Source: the human T2T-CHM13v2.0 reference genome, Homo sapiens. Taken from it: a stretch of DNA of 64,000 nucleotides. The stretch is from the NCBI RefSeq assembly GCF_009914755.1, contig NC_060929.1, one strand, 5' to 3'. Made by a program: the position numbers and the translations under genes. Of this stretch, positions 43,862 to 54,651 are shown one piece after another. The notes below the pieces were generated by a model, which was not told where the DNA came from, made no database searches, and saw only the letters and a list, made by a program, of their open reading frames with translations. Numbering within the stretch: position 1 is the first letter of the stretch; each line of letters begins with the position of its first letter.

Positions 43862-44873
43862 ATACAGGGAAAACGTAGGAAAAATATCTAAATATATATA
43901 TATATGAAGATTCCTGAAAAAGAGGGGTAAGGAAGAAAACTAGACACCAAATAGTTTCCTACTCCAAGATTTTAGAGACTTCAGTGGTATTCTTGGAGTC
44001 TGAAAAGCTTTGTAGTTTCCAAGAATTTCTGGTTGCAATGGGGTAGGGAAAAGATTGGGGAAAGATAGGGACCTTATTTCCTACGGTCCTTCTGAGAGCC
44101 ATATGCTTTATATGTGTACTCATTTAGTACCTAGGACCTTCTGACACTTTCTTATGTTGCTGGTGGAAGTATAAATTATTAAACCTCTTCATAGGTGTTT
44201 TGGCAATATATATCCAAATAAAAAAGTGCAGATGTGCACAATGAAGGTTGTATAGGGATATTCACTGCAATATTGTTCTAATATTGTTCTAAAAGCAAAT
44301 TCATGAAGGGATCAGTTGAATATTATATATTCATATAAAGACTGCCACCATTGAGAAGAATGAGACGTCTGCATTTTCTGACAAGAAATGATTTCCTATA
44401 CATATTTACCATAGGAAGCAAGTTGTGTAAGGAATGCTACCTTTTTGGCAGTGTGTTGGGAGAGGTTATGCACACACCTATCTACCTTGCCCAGGTGCTT
44501 ACTTACACTGTCTCTGGAAGGCCACACAAGAAATTTAACTTTTTCAGAAGAGAAGTTTGGGGACACAGGATGGAGGGAAGCTTTTCAATCTATTCCCTTT
44601 TATACATTTTACATTTGTTACCAAGTGCACGTGTTGCCTTTTAAAAATTGGGTTTTTAAACACATTTACCACTACTACTCACCACCAAAACCTTCCCCCC
44701 TCAGCTCTTCTCCAGGGCCTTGACTGGCGCTGGCAGCTCACCACCCCTTTTTTCTCCAGCAAGAAGCCACTGGTTTAAGGGAGATATGAGAGGTGGGGTG
44801 GATACGCAGGTGGACATTTACTTTTCACTCTATATCTTTTATTTTTATATTTACAATCATGTGCATGTAATAC

Positions 44874-45426
44874 TGTTACAGGAAAAGGGTCCCAATCCAG
44901 ACCCCAGGAGTGGGTTCTTGGATCTCACTCAGGAAAGAATTCAGGGCAAGTCCGCAGTGCAAAGTGAAAGCAAGTTTATTAAGAAAGTAAAGGGAATAAA
45001 AGAATGGCCACTCCATAGACAGAGCAGCCCCGAGGGCCGCTGGTTGCGCATTTTTATGGTTTTTCCTGATGATATGCTAAACAAGTGGTGGATTATTCAT
45101 GCCTCCCTTTTTTAGACCGTATAGGGTAACTTCCTGACGTTGCCATGGCATTTACAAACTGTCCTGGCACTGGTGGGAGTGTAGAGGTGAGGATGACCAG
45201 AGGTCACTCTCATCGCCATTTTGGTTTTGGTGGGTTTTGGCCGGTTCCTTTACTGCAACCTGTTTTATCATCAAGGTCTTTATGACCTGTATTTTGTGCT
45301 GACCTCCTATTTCATCCTGTGATTAGAATGCCTTAACAGTCTGGGAATGCAGCCCAGTAGGTTTAAGCCTCATTTCACCCAGTTCCTATTTAAGATAGAG
45401 TTGCTCTGGTTCACACGCCTCTGCCA
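44874..45426 (-). mobile_element. MER41 (A-length) ERV1 solo LTR upstream of the THOC3-like promoter
   Basis: Minus-strand start TGGCAGAGGCGTGTGAACCAGAGCAACTC matches recalled MER41; 553 bp; TG...CA; TSD-like atac/ttac. Confidence 0.8.
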
Positions 45427-45799
45427 TTACCTTTTAAAAACAAAAAATCCATTTTTATTAAAAAAAAAAAACAAAACCTCCAGACCCCTTCTTAACACCT
45501 CTTCCCTCACTCCACACCCGCTAGCCCTTTTCATGGGACAAGCTCACCAGCTGGTCCTTCTCCAGCAAAAAGACCAGAGCTTTCTGCTCTTAAGGGAGGG
45601 GACTAGGGATTAGGGAACAACCCCAGAAGAAAGGTGATGAGTTAACTGTTTAGAAGGTTAGTGTTGGTTCTTTTATTCGATTAAACAGGAATACACATAT
45701 GTCTACCAAAGAATAGGTAAGGGAGAAATAAGAACACTAAAAAAACTCGGAATCGTTAAGTGTGAAGCATATTTGGAGTTAAAAGAACCAAATATTACT

Positions 45800-46350
45800 A
45801 AGTAAGCAGACGCGGGCACGCGCTGCATACCGGGATTTGTAGTCCCTTCCGGGGCGGGGTACAGCGCGCCTGCGCAGAGGGGCCGTCGCTCTTCCGGGCG
45901 CATGCGTGCGGCAGCGGCGCCAGGACTGACTGCGCCGTGGAGGCTGCTGCAGTGTTGTGAGTTGGAAGCTGGGGAGCTCGGCATGGCGGTCCCCGCTGCA
46001 GCCATGGGGCCCTCGGCGTTGGGCCAGAGCGGCCCCGGCTCGATGGCCCCGTGGTGCTCAGTGAGCAGCGGCCCGTCGCGCTACGTGCTTGGGATGCAGG
46101 AGCTGTTCCGGGGCCACAGCAAGACGCGCGAGTTCTGGCGCACAGCGCCAAGGTGCACTCGGTGGCCTGGAGTTGCGACGGGCGTCGCCTAGCCTCGGGG
46201 TCCTTCGACAAGACGGCCAGCGTCTTCTTGCTGGAGAAGGACCGGTTGGTGAGCTGCCGGGGCTCGGCTCAGGCTAGGGAGAGGGGCCGTGGTGAAGTGA
46301 GGTGCGGTAGTGGGAGAGCGAATGGGGGCGAACGGAGCCGCGGGGGTGAA
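45800..46350 (+). promoter_or_regulatory. CpG-island housekeeping promoter
   Basis: High CpG density; ZNF143/THAP11-type ACTACAAATCCC (minus, 45832-45843); ETS CTTCCGG (45847, 45891); GC box GGGGCGGGG (45851-45859); NRF1-like GCGCCTGCGC (45866-45875) and GCGCATGCGT (45898-45907). Confidence 0.85.
45983..46248 (+). CDS. THOC3: THOC3-homologous exon 1 coding part (frameshifted at about 46135)
   Basis: MAVPAAAMGPSALG...HSKTREF in one frame, LAHSAKVHSVAWSCDGRRLASGSFDKT...KDRL in another; donor GTGAGC at 46249. Confidence 0.9.
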
Positions 46351-46603
46351 AGGAGAGTGGGTTTGAGGGAAGGGGAAAGGGGGAGTGTGGAGATGAGGAG
46401 GGAGTAGGGAGAAGGTGGAGTGTGGGGGTGACGGGGTCGTGAGGGGTGAGGAGAGGAAGACTGGGGGCGTGTGAAGAGTGTGGAAGTAAGGAGGTTGGCG
46501 ATGGCGGGTGAAGGTGAGGAGAGGGTGGATGGGACAGGGCTGCGATGGGAGCCTTACTCGTTTGGAGTCGAATCCTGTGCTGATAAGAAGTGGTTAGGGG
46601 CTG

Positions 46604-46684
46604 TGGTGGTGGTGGTGGTGGTGGTGGTGGTACGTTGGTGGTGGTGGTACGTTGGTGGTGGTACGTTGGTGGTACGTTGGTGGT
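46604..46684. repeat. (GGT)n repeat with GTACGTT interruptions in intron 1
   Basis: Direct reading. Confidence 0.9.
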
Positions 46685-46939
46685 AGAGTAAGGGTGGAAA
46701 ACCAGGAAGGAGGAGAAGGCCAGGGAGGGCACAAAAGTAAGGGCATAGGTGTGGAAGCTGAGAAAAACAGTTCAGAAGGCCTGCGGAGAAGAGAAGGGAG
46801 AAAGGGCTTGGAGGAACTGGATTCTGAATTACCCAGATCTTTACTGGTCCCAGCATACTTTGGTTTGAATAAGCTTATAAAGTTACATGCGGAGGCAGTT
46901 ACATCTATGTGAAGTCACATCTGGATTCTGTTCTTTCAG

Positions 46940-47096
46940 GTCAAAGAAAACAATTATCGGGGACATGGGGATAGTGTGGACCAGCTTTGTTGGCATCCAA
47001 GTAATCCTGACCTATTTGTTACGGCGTCCGGAGATAAAACCATTCGCATCTGGGATGTGAGGACTACAAAATGCATTGCCACTGTGAACACTAAAG
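46940..47096 (+). CDS. THOC3: THOC3-homologous exon 2
   Basis: tttcag acceptor; VKENNYRGHGDSVDQLCWHPSNPDLFVTASGDKTIRIWD WD40 repeat; GTGACT donor. Confidence 0.92.
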
Positions 47097-47955
47097 GTGA
47101 CTATTCAGAGAGAGGGCAATAGGAAGATAAGCTGTTTGGATTCATTCAACAACCATTTTCCGAATATCTTTTCTGTGCCTGGCACTCAGCTGTGTATGAG
47201 ACATCCTGAGCTGAATAAGAGTTTCCAGCTCCAAGGACCTCCCCTGCGGGGAGAAGACATATATATACAAATAACATAGCAAGATATGGTTCATTTTATA
47301 ATGGAGAGGTCTGCAAGGTGGATACCCAGAATAGAAATGAAAACAAAAGTCTGCCTAGGGGAGCCAGGGAAGGCCTCACCAAATTTGAGCAAACTTTTAG
47401 GGTAGCCATAGGAGTTGAGTGGTCAGGGTGCTGTGGGTGGGGAATGGGACATTTCCAGGAGGGAACAGCATGTGCAAAGGCATGGAGAATTTGGAAAATT
47501 CTGATGAGTTAGAATGGTTGAAACTTGGATGGTCTTGGTGATCTGGGAGAAAGTTGTGCAGTACATTTATAGGCTCTGTTGTAAGTATTGAGGCCGGTAT
47601 TGTATGGGACTCTGAGTTTTCATTGATCGTAAGATGTTTCATTAGGAAAGAAAATTGGTAAATAACTGTGATACACCCAAAATTTTGAAATGCTTTCTGA
47701 TACATTTTAAGATACAGTGTAGATACTAAAATGTGAGAAAATATGCGTTTTAGAATGGAAAAAGTTGGTGAAATTTTTAATTGATGTGTTCAGTGTGGGC
47801 CACTGGACTTTGTTGACAAGACTTATCTCTGGAGGCGGAATGGTGTGGTTTTTCCCCAAGTATACAGCTGCTGATCCATGAGTGATTCAGGTGATGCGTG
47901 GGTGAACATTAAAAACCAGTTTTGCAAATATCTTAATGTCTACTAGAAGAACTAG

Positions 47956-48296
<341 letters not shown>

Positions 48297-48482
48297 TGCT
48301 AAATTTATTTAAGTAAACTTTTTTGAATCAATTTTAAGAAAAATCTTGAATAAAGAAAAGTATAGTGTTTAATGGATAGGACAAAAATTGTGATGTTGGC
48401 ATGCGAATGGCTGGAGTTGAGAAATGCTGGTGTAAGAGAAAAGGGGGCTTTGGGGTCAAATCTGGGTTTAAAATCTTGGCTC

Positions 48483-48727
48483 GGCCGGGCACGGTGGCTC
48501 ATACCTGTAATCCCAGCACTTTGGGAGGCCGAGGCGGGCAGATCACGAGGTCAGGAGATCGAGACCATCCTGGCTAACACGGTGAAACCCCGTCTCTACT
48601 AAAAATACAAAAAAATTAGCCTGGTGTGGTGGCAGGCGCCTGTAGTCCCAGCTACTCGGGAGGCTGAGGCGAGAGAATGGCGTGAACCCAGGAGGTGGAG
48701 CTTGCAGTGAGCCGAGATCGCGCCACT
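48483..48727 (+). mobile_element. AluY lacking its 3' end and tail, intron 2
   Basis: AluY diagnostics; stops at gagatcgcgccact. Confidence 0.9.
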
Positions 48728-49051
48728 TCATAGCTCTTTGACTTCATAGCTTTGACACTTTGGCTTGTCGTCTTATCTCCTATTTCCTTCATCTATAAAA
48801 TCTTATAGATTTTATAAATGGAGATAATAAAGTGTATGTTAGAGGAGTATTGTGAAGACCAAATGGGGAAATGTGTAGATGAAAGTTCTGGACTTATTGT
48901 TGAATCGTAAGTGGTAGCTCCCTTCCATTGTCTAGGACTTTAATGAGTAAGCCCGGAAGAAAGCTCTGGTCTTCTTTCTAGGATAGTGCAATAAACTTGT
49001 AGAGGATTATGAGCAAACAGATTATCTTGCTGATTATGTCTGGGTTCCCAG

Positions 49052-49256
49052 GGGAGAACATTAATATCTGCTGGAGTCCTGATGGGCAGACCATTGCTGT
49101 AGGCAACAAGGATGATGTGGTGACCTTTATTGATGCCAAGACACACCGTTCCAAAGCAGAAGAGCAGTTCAAGTTCGAGGTCAACGAAATCTCCTGGAAC
49201 AATAACAATAATATGTTCTTCCTGACAAATGGCAATGGTTGTATCAACATCCTCAG
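49052..49256 (+). CDS. THOC3: THOC3-homologous exon 3
   Basis: cccag acceptor; GENINICWSPDGQTIAVGNKDD...GCINIL; GTGAGG donor. Confidence 0.92.
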
Positions 49257-49574
49257 GTGAGGGGGTCTAGCTTAGGGGACTGTCATGTCTTTGTGCTGGG
49301 TGCTGTGTCAGATATGGAGATGAATTAGATGTGAGCCTATCCTGAAGGAGCTTAAAACACAAATAGTAAGAGAGAATCCTAACCTGTCTTAAGTACATTT
49401 GAGCTGTATATTTTATATACTTTATATTTTACTGAGTCCTTACAGAAATTCTAGGGGTTGATGATTTGCTTCTCATTTGACAGATGAGGATCTGAGGGTG
49501 AGAGGTTACATCAGTAGTCAGCTAGTGTGTGCTAGAACTGGATGCACCTTGAATTATGGCTAATTCATACTCCC

Positions 49575-49822
49575 TTTTTTTTTGTTTTTCGAGACAGAGT
49601 TTTGCTCTTGTTGCCCAGGCTGCAGTGCAATGGTGTGATCTTGGCTCACCGCAACCTCTGCCTCCGGGGTTAAGCGATTCTCCTGCCTCAGCCTCCCAAG
49701 TAGCTGGGATTAGAGGCATGTGCCACCACACCTGGCTAATTTTGTATTTTTTGTAGTTTAGGGTTTCTCCATGTTGGTCAGGCTGGTCTCCAACTCCCGA
49801 CCTCAGGTGATTAGCCCGACCT
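49575..49822 (-). mobile_element. Alu in intron 3
   Basis: Alu consensus; TSD ggctaattc(a/g)tactc. Confidence 0.9.
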
Positions 49823-49849
49823 CTGGCTAATTCGTACTCTTAAAGTTTC

Positions 49850-50550
49850 AACTGAAATATCACTTTGCCTTCAGGGAAGCTCCCCTGCTACCCCAAGGTT
49901 AGAGGTAGGTTAGAGGCGTATTTTATATACTTTCTGTAGGAAGCACTTTTCTTTCTATATTGTAATTGCATGTTTATTTGCCTGTGTCTCCTGTTAGACT
50001 GTGAATTCCTTGATGGTAGGGATGGTGTTTGCCTTGTTTAGTGTTGAATCCCTAATGTCTAGTCCTGTACCTGCTCCACGTAGTAGGATCTTAGTAAATA
50101 TTTGTTCTGTAAATGAATGAAACTGTGGAGCTGAAATTCAGGTCTGTTCAATTCTAGCCTTCCACTATCCCAGGTGAACAATGCAAGACCAAGTGAGATA
50201 GGTTCTGTGAGTGGGAGGCCAGGAGTTTGCTGTGAAATTCCACGGAAAGAACAGACATACTATATGGGGGGTTGAAGGAGGGAGCTTGTGAGCTTGATCT
50301 TGAAAGATGAGCAGAATTTTAAGAATAAGCAAAAGGGAACCACATAACTGACAAAGCAGGTGTGAGTGAGCATGACTTACTTGGAGAGTGGTTAGGTCAG
50401 GGTTGTTGGGGGAGTGGTGGCAGATAAGGGAAATAAGAGAGGGCATGATAATGGGAAGATGAAGTCTAATTTGGGACCAGATTATAAAAGGCCTTTATTT
50501 TATGCTTAGTATCTTGGGTTTTATTTTGTAGGCAATGGGGATTCTATAAC
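49850..50550. mobile_element. L2 fragments
   Basis: tagactgtgaattccttgatggtaggga...taaatatttgtt...aatgaatg L2 3' end. Confidence 0.6.
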
Positions 50551-50559
50551 TTTTTAAGA

Positions 50560-52700
50560 AAAATCTTTTTATTATAAAACACAGATATTGAAAACCACAT
50601 AAAATAAATGTATAGCTTAATGAACTCTTATAGGCTTAACTCTTGTGCAACCCCGCCCAAGTTGAGAAGTAGTTCTTTCCAGCCATCCCAGAAGTCCATC
50701 CAGGTGTTTTGTCCTAATTACAACTTCCTTCCACAAAAGCAAACACTATCCTGACTTTTATAGTGTTTCTTCATAGTTTATCTACCACATGTGCAGCCCC
50801 TAGATACCCTAGTTTTGCTCATTAAAAAAAAAAAAAATTGATATGTCTTTTGTATCTCTTAAATTACTCAAAAGAAACTTCCGAAAACGTAGCTGTTGAA
50901 AAACCAGACTGTTAACCTGTGGAGATTCTCCCAGTTTGGCTTTTGCTGATTCCATATGCTGTTTATGTGTTGGACTGTTGTGTAAAGAGATGCTGCTTCT
51001 CATCTGCGATGTGGTTACCCAGTAGTGTAGTTCATGTAGGGAAGGCAGGATAAAATTTTGATTCTGTTTGTCAGATAATGATTTTGTTTCCTGCTACCTC
51101 CAAAGATGAGCAGTTAGGTGTTTTTTTTTTTAAAGAATCATTACGGGCTGATGTTTTTAAACATAGTTGGTGTGTTTCCATCTCTTGTAATTGTTATGCC
51201 TGTTGAAGCTCAAATTATCCCATCTTTGGCCAATAAGAACCTCTTCAAGTTGGTTCCTGAGACCTTTTTTGACATAATCCCATCGTCTTCTGTTTTTTTG
51301 CTCTCTGGTTTGATAAGATGTTCCAAGTTCATCTTGTGCATTTCTTGCCCCAGACCTTTAATCAGAACATTCTCCAAGAAGCCTTAACATTCTGGCTGGG
51401 TGCGGTGGCTCACGCCTGTAATCCCAGCACTTTGGCACTTTGGGAGGCCGAGGCGAGTGGATCACTTGAGACCTGGCAATCATAGAGAAACCCTGTCTCT
51501 ACTCAAAATACAAAAATTATCTGGGCGTGGTGACGCACGTGTATATTCCCAGCTGCTTGGCAGACTGAGGCAGGAGAATCGCTTGAACCCGGGAGGCGGA
51601 GGTTGTAGTAAGTTTAGATTGCACCACTGCACTCCAGCATTCTGGGCGACTGAGTGAGATTCCACCTCAAAAAAAAAAAAAAAAAAAAAAAGGAGCCTTA
51701 CATTCTTTTACTGAGAAATGATACTGAAGTTAGGAATGTTCATTACTGCTGGGTTGGCCTAGGAATTACGTGTGTGTGTGTGTGTGTGTGTATATATATT
51801 TAAAGATAAAATACCTTATGAATTCACATTGATAACTTGCAATCAAAATTGAGGACTCCAGGGATTTTACTAAACCTCTTCTATATTACAAATATATTTC
51901 TTTCCTCCCAAATTGAGTATTCTGGTTCTCAAGGGCACAGGGGATCATAGAATTAGAATATCCGATGGTTACTTATTACCTATCTCCCATGGTAAACATA
52001 TAGATGTCTCAGAACAACAATATTACTGCTGCTACCACCAATGTGATGACTTGAAACAAAAAATGTTTTTGGTTTTTGCATATGCTCTTTCCATTCTTCC
52101 CCCATTAAAAAAATAGTACTATATGTTGTAAGCATGTGCACATGTTACATATTATACCCTCTCTTTAAACCATGTATAGTTTTTGCAAGAAACTGTATAT
52201 TCAGTGTTCAGCACCAGTCCTTATAAGTCTCTAGTCATTTTTTTAATTGAAGCTCATTCTCTAGTTAAGATTCCTCGGGAAGCGTTCATGGGAACATTAT
52301 TCCTGGAGTTTTTATTACAACTTATTTACGTAATTCTAAAACTTACAGATTTTATAAAACGTTATTGTGCTTATTGTTTGTATCATTATATTTGAAATTC
52401 AGTTTTGCTGGATGTAAAAATCCTTGGCTCGTTTTCTCGCTTGTGTATCTTTCTTAAATATGGTACTCCATTTTCTTTTGGCATTAAGTGTTGTTGTCAG
52501 AAAGCCCAATAATCTAATTTTCTTTTTCTTTAAAGTCCACTAATTTTGCTAGTCTCTGTCTCGATGTTGGTAACTTTGGTTCTGTAGTCTCAGGTATGTG
52601 TTGTGCTTTTTAAATAATGTAGTTCAAAATCTTTTTTTATTTCAGGAATGTTATCTTGAATGACAGTTCTTGGTGGTGGTCTATTATCTTTGCTTTTCTT
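50560..52700 (-). mobile_element. Old L1 fragments with an Alu at 51394-51691 (+)
   Basis: L1M-type 3' UTR motifs; Alu with TSD-like agcctta(a)cattct. Confidence 0.6.
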
Positions 52701-52772
52701 CTTCATCATCTCCTATTATTGTTTTAGCACCACAGTCCTCTTCTGCAGTTTGATCGCTGTCTTTTTTCTCAG

Positions 52773-52934
52773 CTACCCAGAACTGAAGCCTGTGCAGTCC
52801 ATCAACGCCCATCCTTCCAACTGCATCTGTATCAAGTTTGACCCCATGGGGAAGTACTTTGCCACAGGAAGTGCAGATGCTTTGGTCAGCCTCTGGGATG
52901 TGGATGAGTTAGTGTGTGTTCGGTGCTTTTCCAG
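52773..52934 (+). CDS. THOC3: THOC3-homologous exon 4
   Basis: ttctcag acceptor; YPELKPVQSINAHPSNCICIKFDPMGKYFATGSADALVSLWD; GTAAGT donor. Confidence 0.92.
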
Positions 52935-53055
52935 GTAAGTGACTCTATCAGCACTTCCCTTGTTGGGTACATTAATTTTATTTCATCGTGAGTGACATTG
53001 TTCCCTCCTCTTACTTGGTAATTCTCTTGTCTCTTCTGTCCACTCTGTATCATAG

Positions 53056-53156
53056 GCTGGATTGGCCTGTAAGAACCCTCAGTTTCAGCCATGATGGGAA
53101 AATGCTGGCGTCAGCATCGGAAGATCATTTTATTGACATTGCTGAAGTGGAGACAG
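53056..53156 (+). CDS. THOC3: THOC3-homologous exon 5
   Basis: catag acceptor; LDWPVRTLSFSHDGKMLASASEDHFIDIAEVET; GTAACT donor. Confidence 0.92.
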
Positions 53157-54070
53157 GTAACTTCATGAGAATCTACCGTCTTTCACCTTTGGCAGTCAGG
53201 ACTTCTCTTGTGATCTCATCTCTGCATGTGACTACTTCACCAGCATGATCATGAATGAATTTGTCTCCTTTAGACAAGTATGTTTCTGTTTTGACTGTCA
53301 CTGCCAGGTGGTGAGGAAGCAAAGAGTTAAGAAATAAACAGGCAGGTCTGAGGAAGGTGATTTAGAAAAATATTTTGATTTATTTAAACTTTAAACTACA
53401 GAGTAGAAGGAAGAAAAAAGCACCACTTGGGGTCCCACTCTCTAAATACCACCTGTTTTAAATGTTGTGATATATTTCTCTTTATCTTTTGCCTGTATAT
53501 GAACTTGAAAAAATATTATTTAAAATTTGAGGAATTATAAAGTTTTTGCTTTAAAAACAACAGAAGCTGGAAATAGAAAAATGGGAGGAGAGTATTCATT
53601 TTGCAAAAGAATTTCCTCAGATTTGTTTTTTAATGTTGCTTTATTGTTTTTGGAAATCTGTGACACTCTTCGTAAAAAGATTAAAACTGTATAGAAAACT
53701 TCGAAGAGGAAAGTAAAGAACTTGAAATTCCACTATGTAAAGAATGCTCCTGTTAGTCACGTTGTGGTGAACATTGTCCAGCATCCAGCCATGCAGATCC
53801 TTCATGTAACTGCATGTCCCTGTGACGCGGAGACACTTTCCTGCTCAGTGACCTGCTCTTGAGTTAACCCACCTGTGCTCAGAACCGGCTCTGTCCTCCG
53901 CTGGCTTGTGGGCTCTCTGTGCCTGGGGGTTCTCTGTAAAATGAGGTAATAGTTGTATCTATCTCATGGGATTAGTAGGTGGATTAAACCAGTTAATACA
54001 GGTAAGTACTTAATGAATGTGTCCTTCGTTTTGAACGTATTGATTGGTTTCTCTCTATTGTTTTCTATAG

Positions 54071-54234
54071 GGGACAAACTATGGGAGGTACAGTGTGAGT
54101 CTCCGACCTTCACAGTGGCGTGGCACCCCAAAAGGCCTCTGCTGGCATTTGCCTGTGATGACAAAGACGGCAAATATGACAGCAGCCGGGAAGCCGGAAC
54201 TGTGAAGCTGTTTGGGCTTCCTAATGATTCTTGA
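54071..54234 (+). CDS. THOC3: THOC3-homologous exon 6 coding part
   Basis: ctatag acceptor; DKLWEVQCESPTFTVAWHPKRPLLAFACDD...GLPNDS then TGA. Confidence 0.92.
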
Positions 54235-54645
54235 GAGGAGGTTGTAGGGAGAGGAGGCCCCGGCAGAGGTCTTCCTTCATGTGGTTAGTTTGGTCTGTTC
54301 TCTCGGAGTTGGTGGGCACCCTAAATATTTGTAAGTTGGTATAAATTGTAAACGTCTCTGGTCAGGCTGCGCATTTCGTTCTTTTGCTTTGTCTGTGTAT
54401 TAGCTCTTTCCATTCTTTGCCCCCAGCATGAGTTAACTCGCGTGGACTCTGCAGTGCGAGTAGTGACCCCAGCATACCTTGTCCTCTGGACCTCCTGTCT
54501 TCTCTGCTTCTGGGTGCATGGTAGACTTTGTGGCATTTGATACAACTTGGACAATACCTAGTTTGGAGGGAGGGGAATGGAAGGGCATGGAAGTTTTTTT
54601 AAATAATTAAAAAAATATATATATAATTTTGAGAATTGAGCATTT

Positions 54646-54651
54646 AATAAA
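54646..54651 (+). terminator. Probable polyadenylation signal of the THOC3-like transcript
   Basis: AATAAA about 410 nt after the stop, followed by U/GU-rich sequence. Confidence 0.7.

Noticed and set aside
45703-46211. Minus-strand ORFs over exon 1
   Set aside because: Expected scarcity of stops in a CpG island; no homology recognised
46274-46912. Poly-Pro/Thr/Val/His ORFs
   Set aside because: Translations of the intronic (GGT)n repeat and G-rich low-complexity DNA
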